From: an uncultured Chloroflexia bacterium
Lineage (GTDB): Bacteria; Chloroflexota; Limnocylindria; Limnocylindrales; CSP1-4
Direction: 5' to 3'
DNA length: 64,000 nt
NCBI GenBank assembly: GCA_963721545.1
Contig: CAVRKB010000007.1
Span: forward strand, 388,851-452,850
Of the stretch, positions 1-11,054 are shown piece by piece; the first letter of the stretch is position 1; every line of letters starts with the position of its first letter. A model generated the notes under the pieces. It was not told the DNA's origin and did no database searches. It worked only from the letters and a program-made list of their open reading frames with translations. The position numbers and the translations under genes were made by a program.

Positions 1-1
1 C

Positions 2-154
2 ATCGAGAAGGGAATGGCCGACGCCGACCCGTCCTCGCTCGCTCGCTACGAGGCGGACGTCAAGCCGTTCCTCGTGCCGTTCGACGCGATGTTCGCGTCG
101 AGCTCGATCGACGGCGAGCTCACCAATTCGAGCGTCACCATCACGGTCAAGTAG
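2..154 (+). CDS. 3' end of an unidentified protein-coding gene (partial, runs off the window start)
   Basis: Open frame with G/C-rich third positions ending at TAG 152-154. The tail [50 protein letters not shown] matches no family I recognise and is not the Met-rich Ffh C-terminus that often precedes rpsP. Confidence 0.4.
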   Translation: MEKGMADADPSSLARYEADVKPFLVPFDAMFASSSIDGELTNSSVTITVK

Positions 155-201
155 CGGGGCGCCCCAGCGCTCCGGCCCCCACAGGAGGTTCACCAGCACC
201 C

Positions 202-456
202 ATGGCAGTCCGCATCCGGCTGACGCGCGTTGGCGCGACCAAGCAGCCGACCTACCGAGTCGTCGTCGCCGACGGCCGCAGCGCCCGCGACGGGCGAGCG
301 ATCGAGATCATCGGGCACTACAACCCGCGCACGGAGCCGGTCACCTTCGTCGTCGACGAGGACAAGGCGAAGTCCTGGCTCTCCAAGGGCGCGCAGCCCT
401 CGGACACCGTCCTGCGCCTGTTCCGGAACGCGGGCATCGTCCCCGCCGCCAAGTAG
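202..456 (+). CDS. rpsP: 30S ribosomal protein S16
   Basis: 84-aa [45 protein letters not shown]... is typical S16. AGGAGG lies 13 nt upstream of ATG 202. Confidence 0.95.
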   Translation: MAVRIRLTRVGATKQPTYRVVVADGRSARDGRAIEIIGHYNPRTEPVTFVVDEDKAKSWLSKGAQPSDTVLRLFRNAGIVPAAK

Positions 457-466
457 GGAGGGCACG

Positions 467-700
467 ATGGCAGCCAAGGATCTGGTCGAGTACGTCGCCA
501 AGTCGCTCGTCGACGACCCCGATGCCGTGACCGTCGAGGTCGTGGAGGAGGACGGGGCGACGGTGATCGAGCTCCACGTCGCAGAAGACGACATGGGCAA
601 GGTCATCGGCCGCAACGGCAGCGTCGCCAAGGCCCTGCGCACCCTGCTCAAGGTGACCGCCGCCCGCGATGGCGAGCCGGTCCAGCTCGAGATCCTCTGA
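467..700 (+). CDS. KH-domain RNA-binding protein (YlqC/UPF0109 type)
   Basis: 77 aa starting at ATG 467 inside ORF 230..700. It has the GXXG loop GKVIGRNGSVAKALR and the conserved position between rpsP and rimM. Confidence 0.85.
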   Translation: MAAKDLVEYVAKSLVDDPDAVTVEVVEEDGATVIELHVAEDDMGKVIGRNGSVAKALRTLLKVTAARDGEPVQLEIL

Positions 701-714
701 GCGACGAACGGCTC

Positions 715-1383
715 GTGGTCGCCCTCGTGCGGGGCGTCCACGGCCTTCGGGGCGCCGTTCGGGCGGAGGTCCTGACCGACCGCCCCGAGGCTCGCTTCGT
801 GGCCGGTCGCGTGCTCTACCGCGAGGGCGATGACCGGCCGCTGACGATCGCGTCGGCGGAGGCCATCGCGGACGGTCCCGGCTGGCGGCTGCGCTTCGGC
901 GAGATCGCCACGCGCGAGGCCGCCGACGGCCTGCGCGGCACCTACCTCGAGTCGATCGTCCGCGCCGACGACGACCTCGCCCGCGGCGAGTACTACTGGC
1001 ACGAGGTCGTCGGCTGCGCGGTGCGTGGCGTGGATGGCGCCGAGCTGGGCACGGTCCGGGACATCTACCGGGTCGGCGAGACGGAGGTCTTCGTCGTCGA
1101 CGGCGGGCCGTTCGGCAGCTTCGACGTGCCGGCCGTCCGCGCGTTCATCCGGATCTTCGCGCCGCGTCGTGGCGAGATCGTGGTCGATGCCGAGTCGCTC
1201 GACCTGCGCGCGCCGCGCTCGCGTGCGCCCGACCCGGAGCGGCCCAAGGCGCCGCGCCGGCGCACCCGGAGCCCGAACCGGCCGGCGACGTCAGGAGGGA
1301 CGCCCGCAGCCGATCCCGCGGCGACCGAGACCGCCGCGCCCGAGACGGCGGCACCCGCCGACCAACCGGCGGCCGAGCCATGA
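715..1383 (+). CDS. rimM: 16S rRNA processing protein RimM, with a ~55-aa Pro/Ala/Arg-rich C-terminal extension
   Basis: GTG 715. [21 protein letters not shown]...[11 protein letters not shown]...[17 protein letters not shown] matches the RimM N-terminal barrel and PRC barrel. The stop overlaps the trmD start (ATGA). Confidence 0.9.
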   Translation: MVALVRGVHGLRGAVRAEVLTDRPEARFVAGRVLYREGDDRPLTIASAEAIADGPGWRLRFGEIATREAADGLRGTYLESIVRADDDLARGEYYWHEVVGCAVRGVDGAELGTVRDIYRVGETEVFVVDGGPFGSFDVPAVRAFIRIFAPRRGEIVVDAESLDLRAPRSRAPDPERPKAPRRRTRSPNRPATSGGTPAADPAATETAAPETAAPADQPAAEP

Positions 1384-2054
1384 CGCTCGAGATCGACGTC
1401 CTGACGCTCTTCCCGGCGATGCTCGGCGCGCCCCTCGCCGAGAGCATCCCGGCCCGGATCCAGGAGCAGGGCCTGGCGACCATCCGGGTTCACGACCTGC
1501 GCGAGTGGGGCCTCGGGCGGCACCGCTCGGTGGACGACGCCCCGTACGGCGGGGGCGCGGGGATGATCCTCCGGCCGGAGCCGGTCGCGGCCGCGCTCGA
1601 CGCGCTGCGCCGCCCGGACACGACGGCGATCCTGCTCGACCCGGTCGGCGAGGTCTTTCGACAGGCCCGCGCCACCGAGCTCGCGACGCGGTCCCACCTC
1701 GTCTTCGTCTGTCCGCGCTACGAGGGCGTCGACGAGCGGATCCGGTCGCTGGTCGATCTCGAGCTGTCCATCGGCGACTACGTCCTGACCGGCGGCGAGC
1801 TGCCGGCGCTGGTCGTCATCGACGCCGTCATCCGGCTGCTCCCGGGAGCGATCGAGGCGGCCTCGATCGCCGATGAGTCGTTCTCCGAGGGCCTGCTCGA
1901 GTACCCGCAGTACACCCGCCCGGCGGTCTTCCGCGGCCTCGACGTGCCGGCCATCCTGACGTCGGGGGACCACGCCGCCGTCGACCGCTGGCGGCGCGAC
2001 CAGGCGCGCGAGCGCACCCGCACGCGCCGGCCCGACCTCCTTCCCGAGGACTGA
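1380..2054 (+). CDS. trmD: tRNA (guanine37-N1)-methyltransferase TrmD
   Basis: 224-aa ORF: [11 protein letters not shown]...[18 protein letters not shown]...[25 protein letters not shown]. Confidence 0.95.
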   Translation: MTLEIDVLTLFPAMLGAPLAESIPARIQEQGLATIRVHDLREWGLGRHRSVDDAPYGGGAGMILRPEPVAAALDALRRPDTTAILLDPVGEVFRQARATELATRSHLVFVCPRYEGVDERIRSLVDLELSIGDYVLTGGELPALVVIDAVIRLLPGAIEAASIADESFSEGLLEYPQYTRPAVFRGLDVPAILTSGDHAAVDRWRRDQARERTRTRRPDLLPED

Positions 2055-2067
2055 TCGCGGGGAGGCC

Positions 2068-2077
2068 GTGCTATACT
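2068..2077 (+). promoter_or_regulatory. Extended -10-like box GTGCTATACT upstream of rplS
   Basis: TGn-TATACT motif 80 nt upstream of the rplS start. Near-identical boxes recur at 3878, 20475, 23612 and 27067 in front of other operon-first genes. Confidence 0.45.
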
Positions 2078-2157
2078 CCGCCGCCGACGCGCCCCCGCGC
2101 CGATTCCGAACACCCACCCGCAGCCACGGCTGCCCAGATGAGTCAGGAACCCGACCC

Positions 2158-2508
2158 GTGACCGTGCTCGACGAGATCGTCCAGGACCAGCTTCGCACCG
2201 ATCTTCCCGTCCTCGCCACCGGCGACACCGTCAAGGTGAGCGCCAAGGTCGTCGAGGGCAGCCGCGAGCGCATCCAGGTCTTCGAGGGGACCGTCATGCG
2301 GCTGCGCGGCGGCGGCATCACCCGTTCGATCACCGTTCGCCGGATCGCCTCCGGGGTCGGCGTCGAGCGGACGTTCAAGATCAACAGCCCGCGGATCGAG
2401 AAGATCGAGGTCGTGCGCCACGGCGTGGCCCGTCGCGCCCAGCTGTACTTCCTGCGCGACCGCGTCGGCAAGGCGGCCACCCTCCGCGAGCGCCGCACCA
2501 ACGGCTGA
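2158..2508 (+). CDS. rplS: 50S ribosomal protein L19
   Basis: In-frame GTG 2158 inside ORF 2068..2508 gives a ~116-aa L19: [50 protein letters not shown]...[16 protein letters not shown]. The upstream part of the ORF overlaps the promoter box. Confidence 0.9.
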   Translation: MTVLDEIVQDQLRTDLPVLATGDTVKVSAKVVEGSRERIQVFEGTVMRLRGGGITRSITVRRIASGVGVERTFKINSPRIEKIEVVRHGVARRAQLYFLRDRVGKAATLRERRTNG

Positions 2509-2585
2509 TCCGGCGGCCCGCGCCCGCGTCCGCGGGCAGCATCGCAACCCCACGACCCCGCCCCGCCGGCGGGGTCGCTCGATTC

Positions 2586-2594
2586 CGGTAGGCT
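2586..2594 (+). promoter_or_regulatory. -10-like box CGGTAGGCT; rnhB probably leaderless or nearly so
   Basis: TAGGCT ends 9 nt before ATG 2603 with no Shine-Dalgarno between them. The same 9-mer CGGTAGGCT recurs at 40827 upstream of pirin. Confidence 0.35.
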
Positions 2595-2602
2595 AGTCGC
2601 CG

Positions 2603-3379
2603 ATGGCTCCGATCGTCCCCACCCTCCGCCACGAGCGCCGACTCTGGAACGAAGGCCTCGTGCGGATCGTCGGCGTCGACGAGGTCGGAGTCGCACCGAC
2701 CTGCGGCGCGGTCGTCGCGGCGGCCGTGATCATGCGGCCCGGCTGCCATCGCATCCCCGGCGTGCGCGACTCGAAGACCCTGTCCGCCGGGCAGCGCGAG
2801 CGGCTTGCGCCGCTGATCCGTGCGCGAGCGGTGGCCGTCGGCGTCGGCGCCGCGTCGGTCCGTGAGATCGACCAGCTCAACATCTATCACGCCACCCACC
2901 TGGCCATGCGCCGCGCGATCGCGAGGGTGGGGGAGCACGAGCACGTTCTCGTCGACGGCAACCGGATCGCGGGGTTCGAGGCGGCGGTCGGACCGTACTC
3001 GGCGATCGTCGACGGGGACGCCAAGGTGTACTCGATTGCCTGCGCGTCGGTCGTGGCCAAGGTCGTCCGGGACCGGATGATGGAGCGGCTGGCGATGCGC
3101 TACCCGGGCTACGGCTGGGAGCACAACCAGGGCTACGCCACGCTCGAGCATCGGCAGGCCATCCGCCGGCTCGGTCTCACGCCGTTCCATCGCCGCTCGT
3201 TCCTGGCCCTCCAGCGGACGCTCGCCGGCGACCAGCTCGAGCTCGACCTGCTCGCCGATCCGGGCGCGTCGGCCGAGGCGCACGAGCTGCTCGCCCGCGA
3301 GCTCACGCCGGTGATGGTCGACGACGCGATGCTCGACGCGCTCGACCTCGCCTCGCTGGAGCTCACTGCCCCGGCATGA
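2603..3379 (+). CDS. rnhB: Ribonuclease HII
   Basis: 258-aa ORF with GVDEVG...VVAAAV, DSKTLS, ...VDG...SIACASVVAKVVRDRMM...YPGYGWEHNQGYAT. It has an acidic ~50-aa C-terminal tail. Confidence 0.9.
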   Translation: MAPIVPTLRHERRLWNEGLVRIVGVDEVGVAPTCGAVVAAAVIMRPGCHRIPGVRDSKTLSAGQRERLAPLIRARAVAVGVGAASVREIDQLNIYHATHLAMRRAIARVGEHEHVLVDGNRIAGFEAAVGPYSAIVDGDAKVYSIACASVVAKVVRDRMMERLAMRYPGYGWEHNQGYATLEHRQAIRRLGLTPFHRRSFLALQRTLAGDQLELDLLADPGASAEAHELLARELTPVMVDDAMLDALDLASLELTAPA

Positions 3380-3446
3380 CACGCGGCGGGCAGGCGTCCG
3401 CCCCGCGATACGTCGCGGATAAGGCCCGGCTGCGACGATCCGGTCC

Positions 3447-3845
3447 ATGGCGGACCGACCCGGCGACCCGGAACGGACGCCGGCGCAGCAGGCGGGGGAT
3501 GCCGCCGAGGCGCTGGCGGCCGCACACCTCGCGGAAGCCGGTTGGATCGTCCTGGCCCGGAACGTCCATGTCGGTCGCCACGAGCTCGACCTCGTGGCGG
3601 TCGACCCGGGTCCTCCCGCCGCGCTCGTCGTGGTCGAGGTCCGCTGGCGCGCGGGCCGGGCCTTCGGCCTCCCGGAGGAGACGGTCGACCACCGCAAGCG
3701 CGTCCGTGTGCGCACGGCGGCCTACGGCCTGCTCGACCGCGGGACGCTGCCCGGCGGCGGCCCCGTCCCGCACCTGCCGCTGCGCTTCGACCTGATCGTC
3801 GTCGAGCCCGGGGGCCGGTTGCGCCACCATCGCCACGCCATGTGA
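3447..3845 (+). CDS. YraN-family (UPF0102) endonuclease-like protein
   Basis: 132 aa: AAEALAAAHLAEAGWIVLARNVHVGRHELDLVAVD...LVVVEVRWR...VDHRKRVRVRTAA. Typical position after rnhB. Confidence 0.8.
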   Translation: MADRPGDPERTPAQQAGDAAEALAAAHLAEAGWIVLARNVHVGRHELDLVAVDPGPPAALVVVEVRWRAGRAFGLPEETVDHRKRVRVRTAAYGLLDRGTLPGGGPVPHLPLRFDLIVVEPGGRLRHHRHAM

Positions 3846-3877
3846 CCGGGGCCTGCCGCCGGCCACGAACCCGACCC

Positions 3878-3887
3878 GTGCTACACT
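3878..3887 (+). promoter_or_regulatory. Extended -10-like box GTGCTACACT upstream of rpsB-tsf
   Basis: Same motif class as 2068. It would give a ~165-nt leader before rpsB. Confidence 0.4.
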
Positions 3888-4058
3888 CCCGCCCGGCTCG
3901 GCATCGGCCGCGCCAGCCAACCAGACCGCCCGCGCCACGAGGCGTGGAGCTCACACGCGGACCGTTCCGACCGGGACGGTGCCGGCCAGGCCATCTCGGC
4001 CACCGGCCCCCGGCGACGAGGTTCGCGGAGGAAGAAAACCGACAGGAGGTCGCGCACC

Positions 4059-5042
4059 GTGCCATCCGTTTCGATGCGGCAGCTGCTCGAGGCCGGGGTC
4101 CACTTCGGCCACCAGACCCGCCGCTGGAACCCCAAGATGAAGCCGTTCATCTTCGCCGAGCGCAACGGCATCCACATCATCGACCTGGCGCAGACCGTCC
4201 AGCGCCTCGACGTCGCCCTCGAGTTCGTGCGCGAGACCGTCGCCCGAGGCGACCAGGTCCTGTTCGTCGGCACCAAGAAGCAGGCCCAGGAGCCCGTCGC
4301 CCAGGAGGCGACGCGCGCCAACCAGCCGTACGTCAACAAGCGCTGGCTGGGCGGCATGCTGACCAACTTCGTGACGATCAAGAAGCGGATCGGGCTGCTC
4401 GAGCAGCTCGAGGCGCGCCAGGCCAACGGCGACTTCGAGCGGATGACCAAGAAGGAAGCCGCCAAGCTGACCGAGGAGATGACCAAGCTCCAGGGCACGC
4501 TCGGCGGGATGCGCAAGATGAAGCGCCTGCCCGGCGCCATCTTCATCGTCGACCCGCACCGCGAGCGGATCGGCGTGACCGAGGCCAACAAGCTCGAGAT
4601 CCCGGTCGTCGGCACCGGCGACACCAACGTCGACCCGGACGAGCTCGACTTCATCATCCCGGCCAACGACGACGCGATCCGCGCCATCCGGCTGCTGTGC
4701 ACGCTCGTGGCGGACGCCGCGATCGAGGGCGCCCGCGAGCGCTCCGCGCGAAGCGCGACCGAGCCCGAGCAGATCGAGGCGATGGCCATGCCCGAGGCCG
4801 ACGACGAAGTCCCCGGCGCGACCGACGAGCTCGTCGCCGCGCTGGCCGGCGGTGCCGCGCTGTCGTTCGAGCCCGACGCCGACGAGGACGACCTGCTGCC
4901 CGGCGACCGGGTCGCGCGTGCCGAGGCCGCTGTCGCCGAGGCGCCGCCCGAAGCGACGCCCGAGGACATCGCCGCCGAGCTCGCCCGCGAGGCGGCCGAG
5001 AAGAACGAAGAGGAAAGCCCGGCCGGAGCCCAGGCCGGCTGA
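4059..5042 (+). CDS. rpsB: 30S ribosomal protein S2, with an acidic C-terminal extension
   Basis: GTG 4059 preceded by [43 protein letters not shown]...[27 protein letters not shown]. Confidence 0.95.
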   Translation: MPSVSMRQLLEAGVHFGHQTRRWNPKMKPFIFAERNGIHIIDLAQTVQRLDVALEFVRETVARGDQVLFVGTKKQAQEPVAQEATRANQPYVNKRWLGGMLTNFVTIKKRIGLLEQLEARQANGDFERMTKKEAAKLTEEMTKLQGTLGGMRKMKRLPGAIFIVDPHRERIGVTEANKLEIPVVGTGDTNVDPDELDFIIPANDDAIRAIRLLCTLVADAAIEGARERSARSATEPEQIEAMAMPEADDEVPGATDELVAALAGGAALSFEPDADEDDLLPGDRVARAEAAVAEAPPEATPEDIAAELAREAAEKNEEESPAGAQAG

Positions 5043-5135
5043 ACCCGCCGCCGGCCCGAGCCGGCGAGCGCCAGGTAAACCCACCCCAGCCCGGCGGACG
5101 CAGCTGCCCGCCGCGAGACAGGAGAACGAACAGGC

Positions 5136-5731
<596 letters not shown>

Positions 5732-5735
<4 letters not shown>

Positions 5736-6500
5736 CCGAGGCCGCCCCCGATCCGGCGTCGCTGCGCTACAAGCGGATCCTGCTCAAGCTGTCCGGCGAG
5801 GCGCTGCTCGGCGATCGCCAGTACGGCGTCGACCCGGCGGTCTGCGCGTTCATCGCCCGCCAGGTCGCCGAGATCCACGGCCTGGGCGTCCAGGTCGGGA
5901 TCGTCGTCGGCGGCGGGAACATCTTCCGCGGCCTGGCCGCATCGGCGCGCGGCATGGACCGGGCAACCGGCGATTACATCGGCATGCTCGCCACGGTGAT
6001 GAACGGCCTCGCGCTCCAGGATGCGCTCGAGCGGGCCGGCGTGCCGACCCGGGTCATGACCGCCATCGCGATGAACGAGATCGCCGAGCCATACATCCGG
6101 CGGCGGGCCATCCGCCACCTGGAGAAGGGCCGCGTCGACGATGTTCGTCGCCGGCACCGGCAACCCGTACTTCACGACCGACACGGCCGCCGCCCTCCGT
6201 GCGATCGAGATCAACGCCGAGGTCCTGCTCAAGGCGACCAAGGTCGACGGCGTCTACGACAAAGACCCGATGGCGCACACCGACGCCCGGCGCTACGCTC
6301 GTCTGGACTACGCCGACCTGCTCCGCGACCAGCTCAAGGTCCTCGACGCGACGGCCGTGAGCCTGTGCATGGAGAACGACCTGCCCATCGTCGTGTTCGA
6401 CCTGAACCGCCCGGACAACATCACGCGGGTCGCCGCCGGCGAGGCCGTCGGGACCCTCATCTCGGGCGCCTCGAGCGCCGGGGGAGGTGCGCCAGCATGA
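5732..6500 (+). CDS. pyrH: UMP kinase PyrH (one +1 frame break near 6138 as sequenced)
   Basis: The N-terminal half is in ORF 5732.. ([15 protein letters not shown]...[10 protein letters not shown]...EKGRV). The C-terminal half is in ORF 6141..6500 ([23 protein letters not shown]...[13 protein letters not shown]). GTGA overlap with tsf and ATGA overlap with frr. Confidence 0.9.
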
Positions 6501-7054
6501 GCACCGAGATCATCACCGAGGCGGACCACAAGATGGCCCGCGCGGTCGAGGCCATGGAGCGCGACTTCCAGGGCATCCGCACCGGTCGCGCCTCGACCGC
6601 CCTGGTCGAGCGCATCCACGTCGAGTACTACGGCACGTCCACGCCGCTCAACCAGCTGGCCGGGATCAGCGTCCCGGAGCCGCACCAGATCGTCATCCAG
6701 CCGTGGGACCGGGGCGTCCTCGGCGCGATCGAGAAGGCGATCACCAAGAGCGACATCGGGCTGATGCCCAACGTCGACGGGACGGTCGTCCGGCTCAACA
6801 TCCCGCCGCTGACCGAGGAGCGTCGCAAGGACATCGTGCGGGTCGTCCACAAGCGGATGGAGGAGGCACGCGTCGAGATCCGCAACCTCCGTCGCGAGGC
6901 GGCCGACCAGCTCAAGAAGGAGGAGCGTGACGGCGGCGTCGGGACCGACGACGCGCACCGCCAGCTCGACACGCTGCAGCGCACCACCGACAAGCACATC
7001 GCCGACGTCGACCGCGTCGGGTCCGCGAAGGAACAGGAGGTCCTCGAGGTCTAG
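6497..7054 (+). CDS. frr: Ribosome recycling factor
   Basis: ATG 6497: [46 protein letters not shown]...[33 protein letters not shown]. Confidence 0.95.
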   Translation: MSTEIITEADHKMARAVEAMERDFQGIRTGRASTALVERIHVEYYGTSTPLNQLAGISVPEPHQIVIQPWDRGVLGAIEKAITKSDIGLMPNVDGTVVRLNIPPLTEERRKDIVRVVHKRMEEARVEIRNLRREAADQLKKEERDGGVGTDDAHRQLDTLQRTTDKHIADVDRVGSAKEQEVLEV

Positions 7055-7861
7055 TGTCGCGCTCCGCCAACCTGGCCAGACCGACCGATGCGCCGCCCGC
7101 GGCGCACGCGCCGACGCCCGACGAGGCCGGTGCCAGGCGATCTGCGCCGACCGGTGAGGCGGCGCTCCTGCCGCCGGACGAGCTGCCGCGGCACGTCGCG
7201 ATCATCATGGACGGCAATCGGCGCTGGGCCAGGCTGCGCGACCTGCCCGAGCTGGAGGGCCACGCCGCCGGCGTCGAGGCGATCCGGACGCTGCTCAAGC
7301 ACGCGGTCCGACGCGGCGTCCCGGTCATGACCCTGTACGCCTTCAGTCGCGAGAACTGGGCGCGCTCCGATGACGAGGTCACCGGCCTGTTCGGGCTGCT
7401 CGAGGCCGCGATCCGCAGCGAGACCGATGAGCTCCGTGCGCGAGGGCGTGCGCGTCCGCCTGCTGGGCCGCCTCGACGAGCTTCCCGACGCGACGCGGGC
7501 GTCGATCGGCGAGGCGCTCGACGCGACCGCCGGCGGCGAGCGGCTGCAGCTCAACATCGCGTTCAACTACGCCGGGCGGACCGAGCTCGTCGACGCGTTC
7601 CGCCGGCTGCTTGCCAGCGGCGTCGCCCCCGACGACATCGACGAGGGGACGATCGGCGCGGCGCTCTATACCGCCGGGCTGCCCGACCCGGACCTCGTCA
7701 TCCGGACGGGTGGCGAGCAGCGCCTGTCCAACTTCCTGATCTGGCAGTCGGCCTATGCCGAGTTCTACACCTGCGACTCGCTCTGGCCGGACTTCGGGGC
7801 CGACGCCTTCGACGCCGCCCTGCTGGAGTTCGCGCGCCGCCATCGCCGGTACGGGCGCTAG
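7054..7861 (+). CDS. uppS: Undecaprenyl (Z-prenyl) diphosphate synthase UppS (one +1 frame break near 7432)
   Basis: HVAIIMDGNRRWA...TLYAFSRENWARS in the frame of 7054. VRVRLLGRLDELP...IAFNYAGR...DLVIRTGGEQRLSNFLIWQSAYAEFY in ORF 7370..7861. Confidence 0.9.
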
Positions 7862-7881
7862 GCGCCGGCGGGCCCAGCCGG

Positions 7882-8710
7882 ATGCGTGAGCGCGCGATCA
7901 GTGCCGCGGTGCTGGTGCCGGTCCTGCTCGTCGTCCTCGCGTTCGGTGGCGTCGTCCTCGCCGCGGCGGTCGCGCTGGTCACGACGCTGGCCGCCGTCGA
8001 GGTCTTCCGCCTGCTGAAGGGCGCCGGCTACGCCCCGTTCGCGGGGCTCGGCATCGCCCTCGCGCTGCTGGTCGTGCTCGACGCGGCCTTCCCCGAGGTC
8101 CTCGAGGGCAGCGGGATGCTGCTGGCGGCCGTCGGCATCGTCCTCGTCGCGGTCGCTTCGTTCACCAAGGTCGACCCGCACGACGGGCTGCAGGCCTGGA
8201 TGGCGACCGTGTTCGGGGCGCTGTACGTGTCGCTCCTCGCCTTCATCGTCCGCCTCGGGCTGGTCGCACCGGTCGTGCCGGCGGGCGCGCCGCTCGCCGC
8301 CATCGGTGCCGAGCGCGGCTGGATCCTGCTCCTGCTGCTGGCGGTGTGGTCCTACGACACCGGCGCGTTCCTCGTCGGCAAGAACTTCGGGCGGACGAAG
8401 TTCCTGACCCACATCTCGCCGTCCAAGACCCTCGAAGGCGTCGCCGGTGGCGTGATCGCCACCACCGTCGTCGTCGCCGCTGATGCTGTGGGCCCTTGGC
8501 CAGGACCCGCGCCACGCATTGCTGCTCGGGCCGCTGACCGCCCTTGCCGCGCAGGCCGGCGACCTGGCCGAATCGGTCATCAAGCGGGCGGCCGACGCGA
8601 AGGATTCGGGGACGCTGATCCCCGGACACGGCGGGATGCTCGACCGCGTCGACTCGTTCGTGTTCGCGGCGCCGGTCGTGACCCTGTATGTCCTCGCCCT
8701 CCTCTCCTGA
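7882..8710 (+). CDS. cdsA: Phosphatidate cytidylyltransferase CdsA (one +1 frame break near 8478)
   Basis: Multi-TM N-terminus from ATG 7882 (...WSYDTGAFLVGKNFGRTKF..ISPSKTLEG). The signature SVIKRAADAKDSGTLIPGHGGMLDRVDS is in ORF 8483..8710. Confidence 0.9.
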
Positions 8711-9941
8711 CCTGAACGGGGCGGGGGATCGCCGCCCGCGCCGCGTCGCCCTCCTCGGCTCGACCGGCTCGATCGGCCGCCAGGCGATCGACGTCCTCGC
8801 CGCCCAGCCCGACGCGTTCGACGTGGTCGCCCTGGCCGCGGGCTCGAACGCCGGACTGCTCGCCGAGCAGGCGGCGCGCCTCCGGCCGGCGGCCGTCGCG
8901 CTCGGCGACGGATCGGCGGTGGCGGGCCTCGACCTGCCGCCCGGCACGGAACGGGTCGGCGGCGCGGACGCGCTCGAGAACCTGGCGACGCGCGACGACG
9001 TCGACCTCGTGGTCGTCGCAACCGGTGGCGTGGTCAGCCTCCGCCCGGTCCTCGCCGCACTGCGCGCCGGCAAGGTCGTGGCCACGGCCAACAAGGAGAC
9101 GCTGGTCGCCGGCGGGCACCTGGTCATGCCGCTCGCCCGCGAACGCGCCGCCGCGCTGGCCGCGCTCCGACCCGGCGACCCGTACGCCAGCCCGCTCGCC
9201 TGGCTGCGCCCGATCGACTCGGAGCACTCCGCCATCTGGCAGTGCCTCGTCGGCGAGGCGATGGCCGGCGTTGCGGCGCTGATCCTGACCGCCTCGGGCG
9301 GCCCGTTCCTCGACGCGACGCCCGCCGAGCTGGCCGCGGTCACGCCCGAGCAGGCGCTCCGCCATCCCACCTGGACGATGGGCGCCAAGATCACGATCGA
9401 CTCGGCGACGCTCGCCAACAAGGGCCTGGAGGTCATCGAGGCACACTGGCTGTACGATGTCGGCTACGACGCCATCGAGGTGGTCATCCACCCGCAGAGC
9501 GTCGTCCACTCCGCCGTCCGGTTCGTGGACGGCTCCGTCAAGGCCCAGCTGGGCACCCCCGACATGAGACTTCCCATCCAGTACGCGCTGACCTACCCCG
9601 ACCGCCGGCCGTCACCGGCCGCCGCGCCCGACCTGCTCGCGGTCGGCCGGCTCGACTTCCGCGCTCCCGACGAGGCCCGCTTCGGGGCGCTCAGGATCGC
9701 CCGCGAAGCCGGCCGTCGCGGCCCTCGTGCCTCGGCGGCGCTGATCGCCGCGGACGAGGTCGCGGTGGCGCGCTTCCTCGACGGCACGCTCGGCTTCACC
9801 GCGATCCCGGCGCTGCTCGAGGCAGCGGTCGAGCGGTTCGGCGGAACCGGCGGCCCCGATCCGGACGTCGATGAGCTGGTGGCGCTCGACCGCGAAGTCC
9901 GCGAGGCGTACGCCACGGCCCCCTTCGGAGCACCTGCGTGA
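8688..9941 (+). CDS. dxr: 1-deoxy-D-xylulose 5-phosphate reductoisomerase
   Basis: 417-aa intact ORF: RVALLGSTGSIGRQAIDV...ANKETLV...PIDSEHSAIWQC...LTASGGPF...HPTWTMG.KITIDSATL.NKGLEVIEA. Confidence 0.95.
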   Translation: MSSPSSPDLNGAGDRRPRRVALLGSTGSIGRQAIDVLAAQPDAFDVVALAAGSNAGLLAEQAARLRPAAVALGDGSAVAGLDLPPGTERVGGADALENLATRDDVDLVVVATGGVVSLRPVLAALRAGKVVATANKETLVAGGHLVMPLARERAAALAALRPGDPYASPLAWLRPIDSEHSAIWQCLVGEAMAGVAALILTASGGPFLDATPAELAAVTPEQALRHPTWTMGAKITIDSATLANKGLEVIEAHWLYDVGYDAIEVVIHPQSVVHSAVRFVDGSVKAQLGTPDMRLPIQYALTYPDRRPSPAAAPDLLAVGRLDFRAPDEARFGALRIAREAGRRGPRASAALIAADEVAVARFLDGTLGFTAIPALLEAAVERFGGTGGPDPDVDELVALDREVREAYATAPFGAPA

Positions 9942-11047
9942 CCGGTTTCGTCCAGTCGATCATCACGATCGTCCTGTTCATCCTGATCCTCGGCGGGCTC
10001 GTGGTGATCCACGAGATCGGCCACTTCGTGGTCGCCCGCCTGGCGCGCGTCCGGGTCCTCGAGTTCGGGGTCGGGTTCCCGCCGCGAGCCAAGGTCCTGC
10101 GCTCGAAGGGCGAGACGCTGTACACCCTCAACTGGCTGCCGATCGGCGGCTTCGTCAAGCTCGAGGGCGAGGACGGCACCGACGCCGACGACCCGCGCTC
10201 GTTCGCCTCGCAGCGCTACCTGACCAAGATGCTGATCCTGGTCGCCGGCGTGGTGATGAACGTCCTCCTCGCGTTCGTCATCTTCACCGGCATCGCGATG
10301 CTGGCATCGCCCTACGTCGGGCTCCGCTTCTTCGAGGTCCAGCCCAACTCGCCGGCCGCGACCGCCGGGCTCCGGCCGGGCGAGGCGATCGTCGCGGTCG
10401 ACGGCGAGCAGTACCAGTTCATCACCGGCCCGAGCACGCTCAACGGCCTGCGCGACCGGGCCGGCGAGACGGTGGTGCTCACGCTGGTCGACGCCGATGG
10501 CAGCCGTCGCGACGTGTCGGTCGCGCTGCGGCCGGAATCCGAGATCAACCTCCAGCAGGGCGCGCTCGGGATCTCCGGCGCGACCAAGCCGTTCGAGGCC
10601 TACTTCTTCGGCGAGTACGCCCAGAACAGCCTGCCGACCGCGATCCAGGTCGGGTGGGAGCAGACGACCCGCTGGATGGGGCTGATCGTGGGTGGCCTCG
10701 CGGCCCTCGTCGGTTCGGTGGCCAACGACCCGACGGCGCCGCCGCCGGTGTCGGGCCCCGTCGGCATCGCGACCCAGATCGGCGACATCTTCTGGAACAG
10801 CGGCCCGGTGATGCTGCTGTACGTGGCCGGCATCCTGTCGGCCAACCTGGCCGTGGTCAACATCCTGCCGTTCCCGCCGCTCGACGGCGGGCGGATGCTG
10901 ATGATCACGCTCAAGCGCTTCCTCGGTGCCCGGATGACGGTCCGCGCCGAGCAGCTGACCTACATGGTCGGCTTCGTCTTCCTGTTCGCCTTCCTCATCT
11001 GGGTCACCGGGTTCGACATCATCCGCGGGCTGGGCGGCGGGTCGTAG
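9938..11047 (+). CDS. rseP: M50 site-2 zinc metalloprotease (RseP/Rip1 type) with a PDZ domain
   Basis: [11 protein letters not shown] near the N-terminus, TM segments, a central PDZ-like segment and the C-terminal [16 protein letters not shown] motif. GTGA overlap with dxr. Confidence 0.9.
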   Translation: MTGFVQSIITIVLFILILGGLVVIHEIGHFVVARLARVRVLEFGVGFPPRAKVLRSKGETLYTLNWLPIGGFVKLEGEDGTDADDPRSFASQRYLTKMLILVAGVVMNVLLAFVIFTGIAMLASPYVGLRFFEVQPNSPAATAGLRPGEAIVAVDGEQYQFITGPSTLNGLRDRAGETVVLTLVDADGSRRDVSVALRPESEINLQQGALGISGATKPFEAYFFGEYAQNSLPTAIQVGWEQTTRWMGLIVGGLAALVGSVANDPTAPPPVSGPVGIATQIGDIFWNSGPVMLLYVAGILSANLAVVNILPFPPLDGGRMLMITLKRFLGARMTVRAEQLTYMVGFVFLFAFLIWVTGFDIIRGLGGGS

Positions 11048-11054
11048 GCCCGCG

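Noticed and set aside
1065-2696. 543-aa minus-strand ORF spanning rimM, trmD and rplS, one of many very long ORFs in the track (others include 9593..11326, 12238..14232, 20779..23520 and 28769..30145).
   Set aside because: They lie antisense to, or out of frame with, genes that have unmistakable family signatures. Their translations are Arg/Pro/Gly/Ala-rich with no motifs, and stop codons are rare in every frame at ~70% G+C. I treat them as shadow ORFs.
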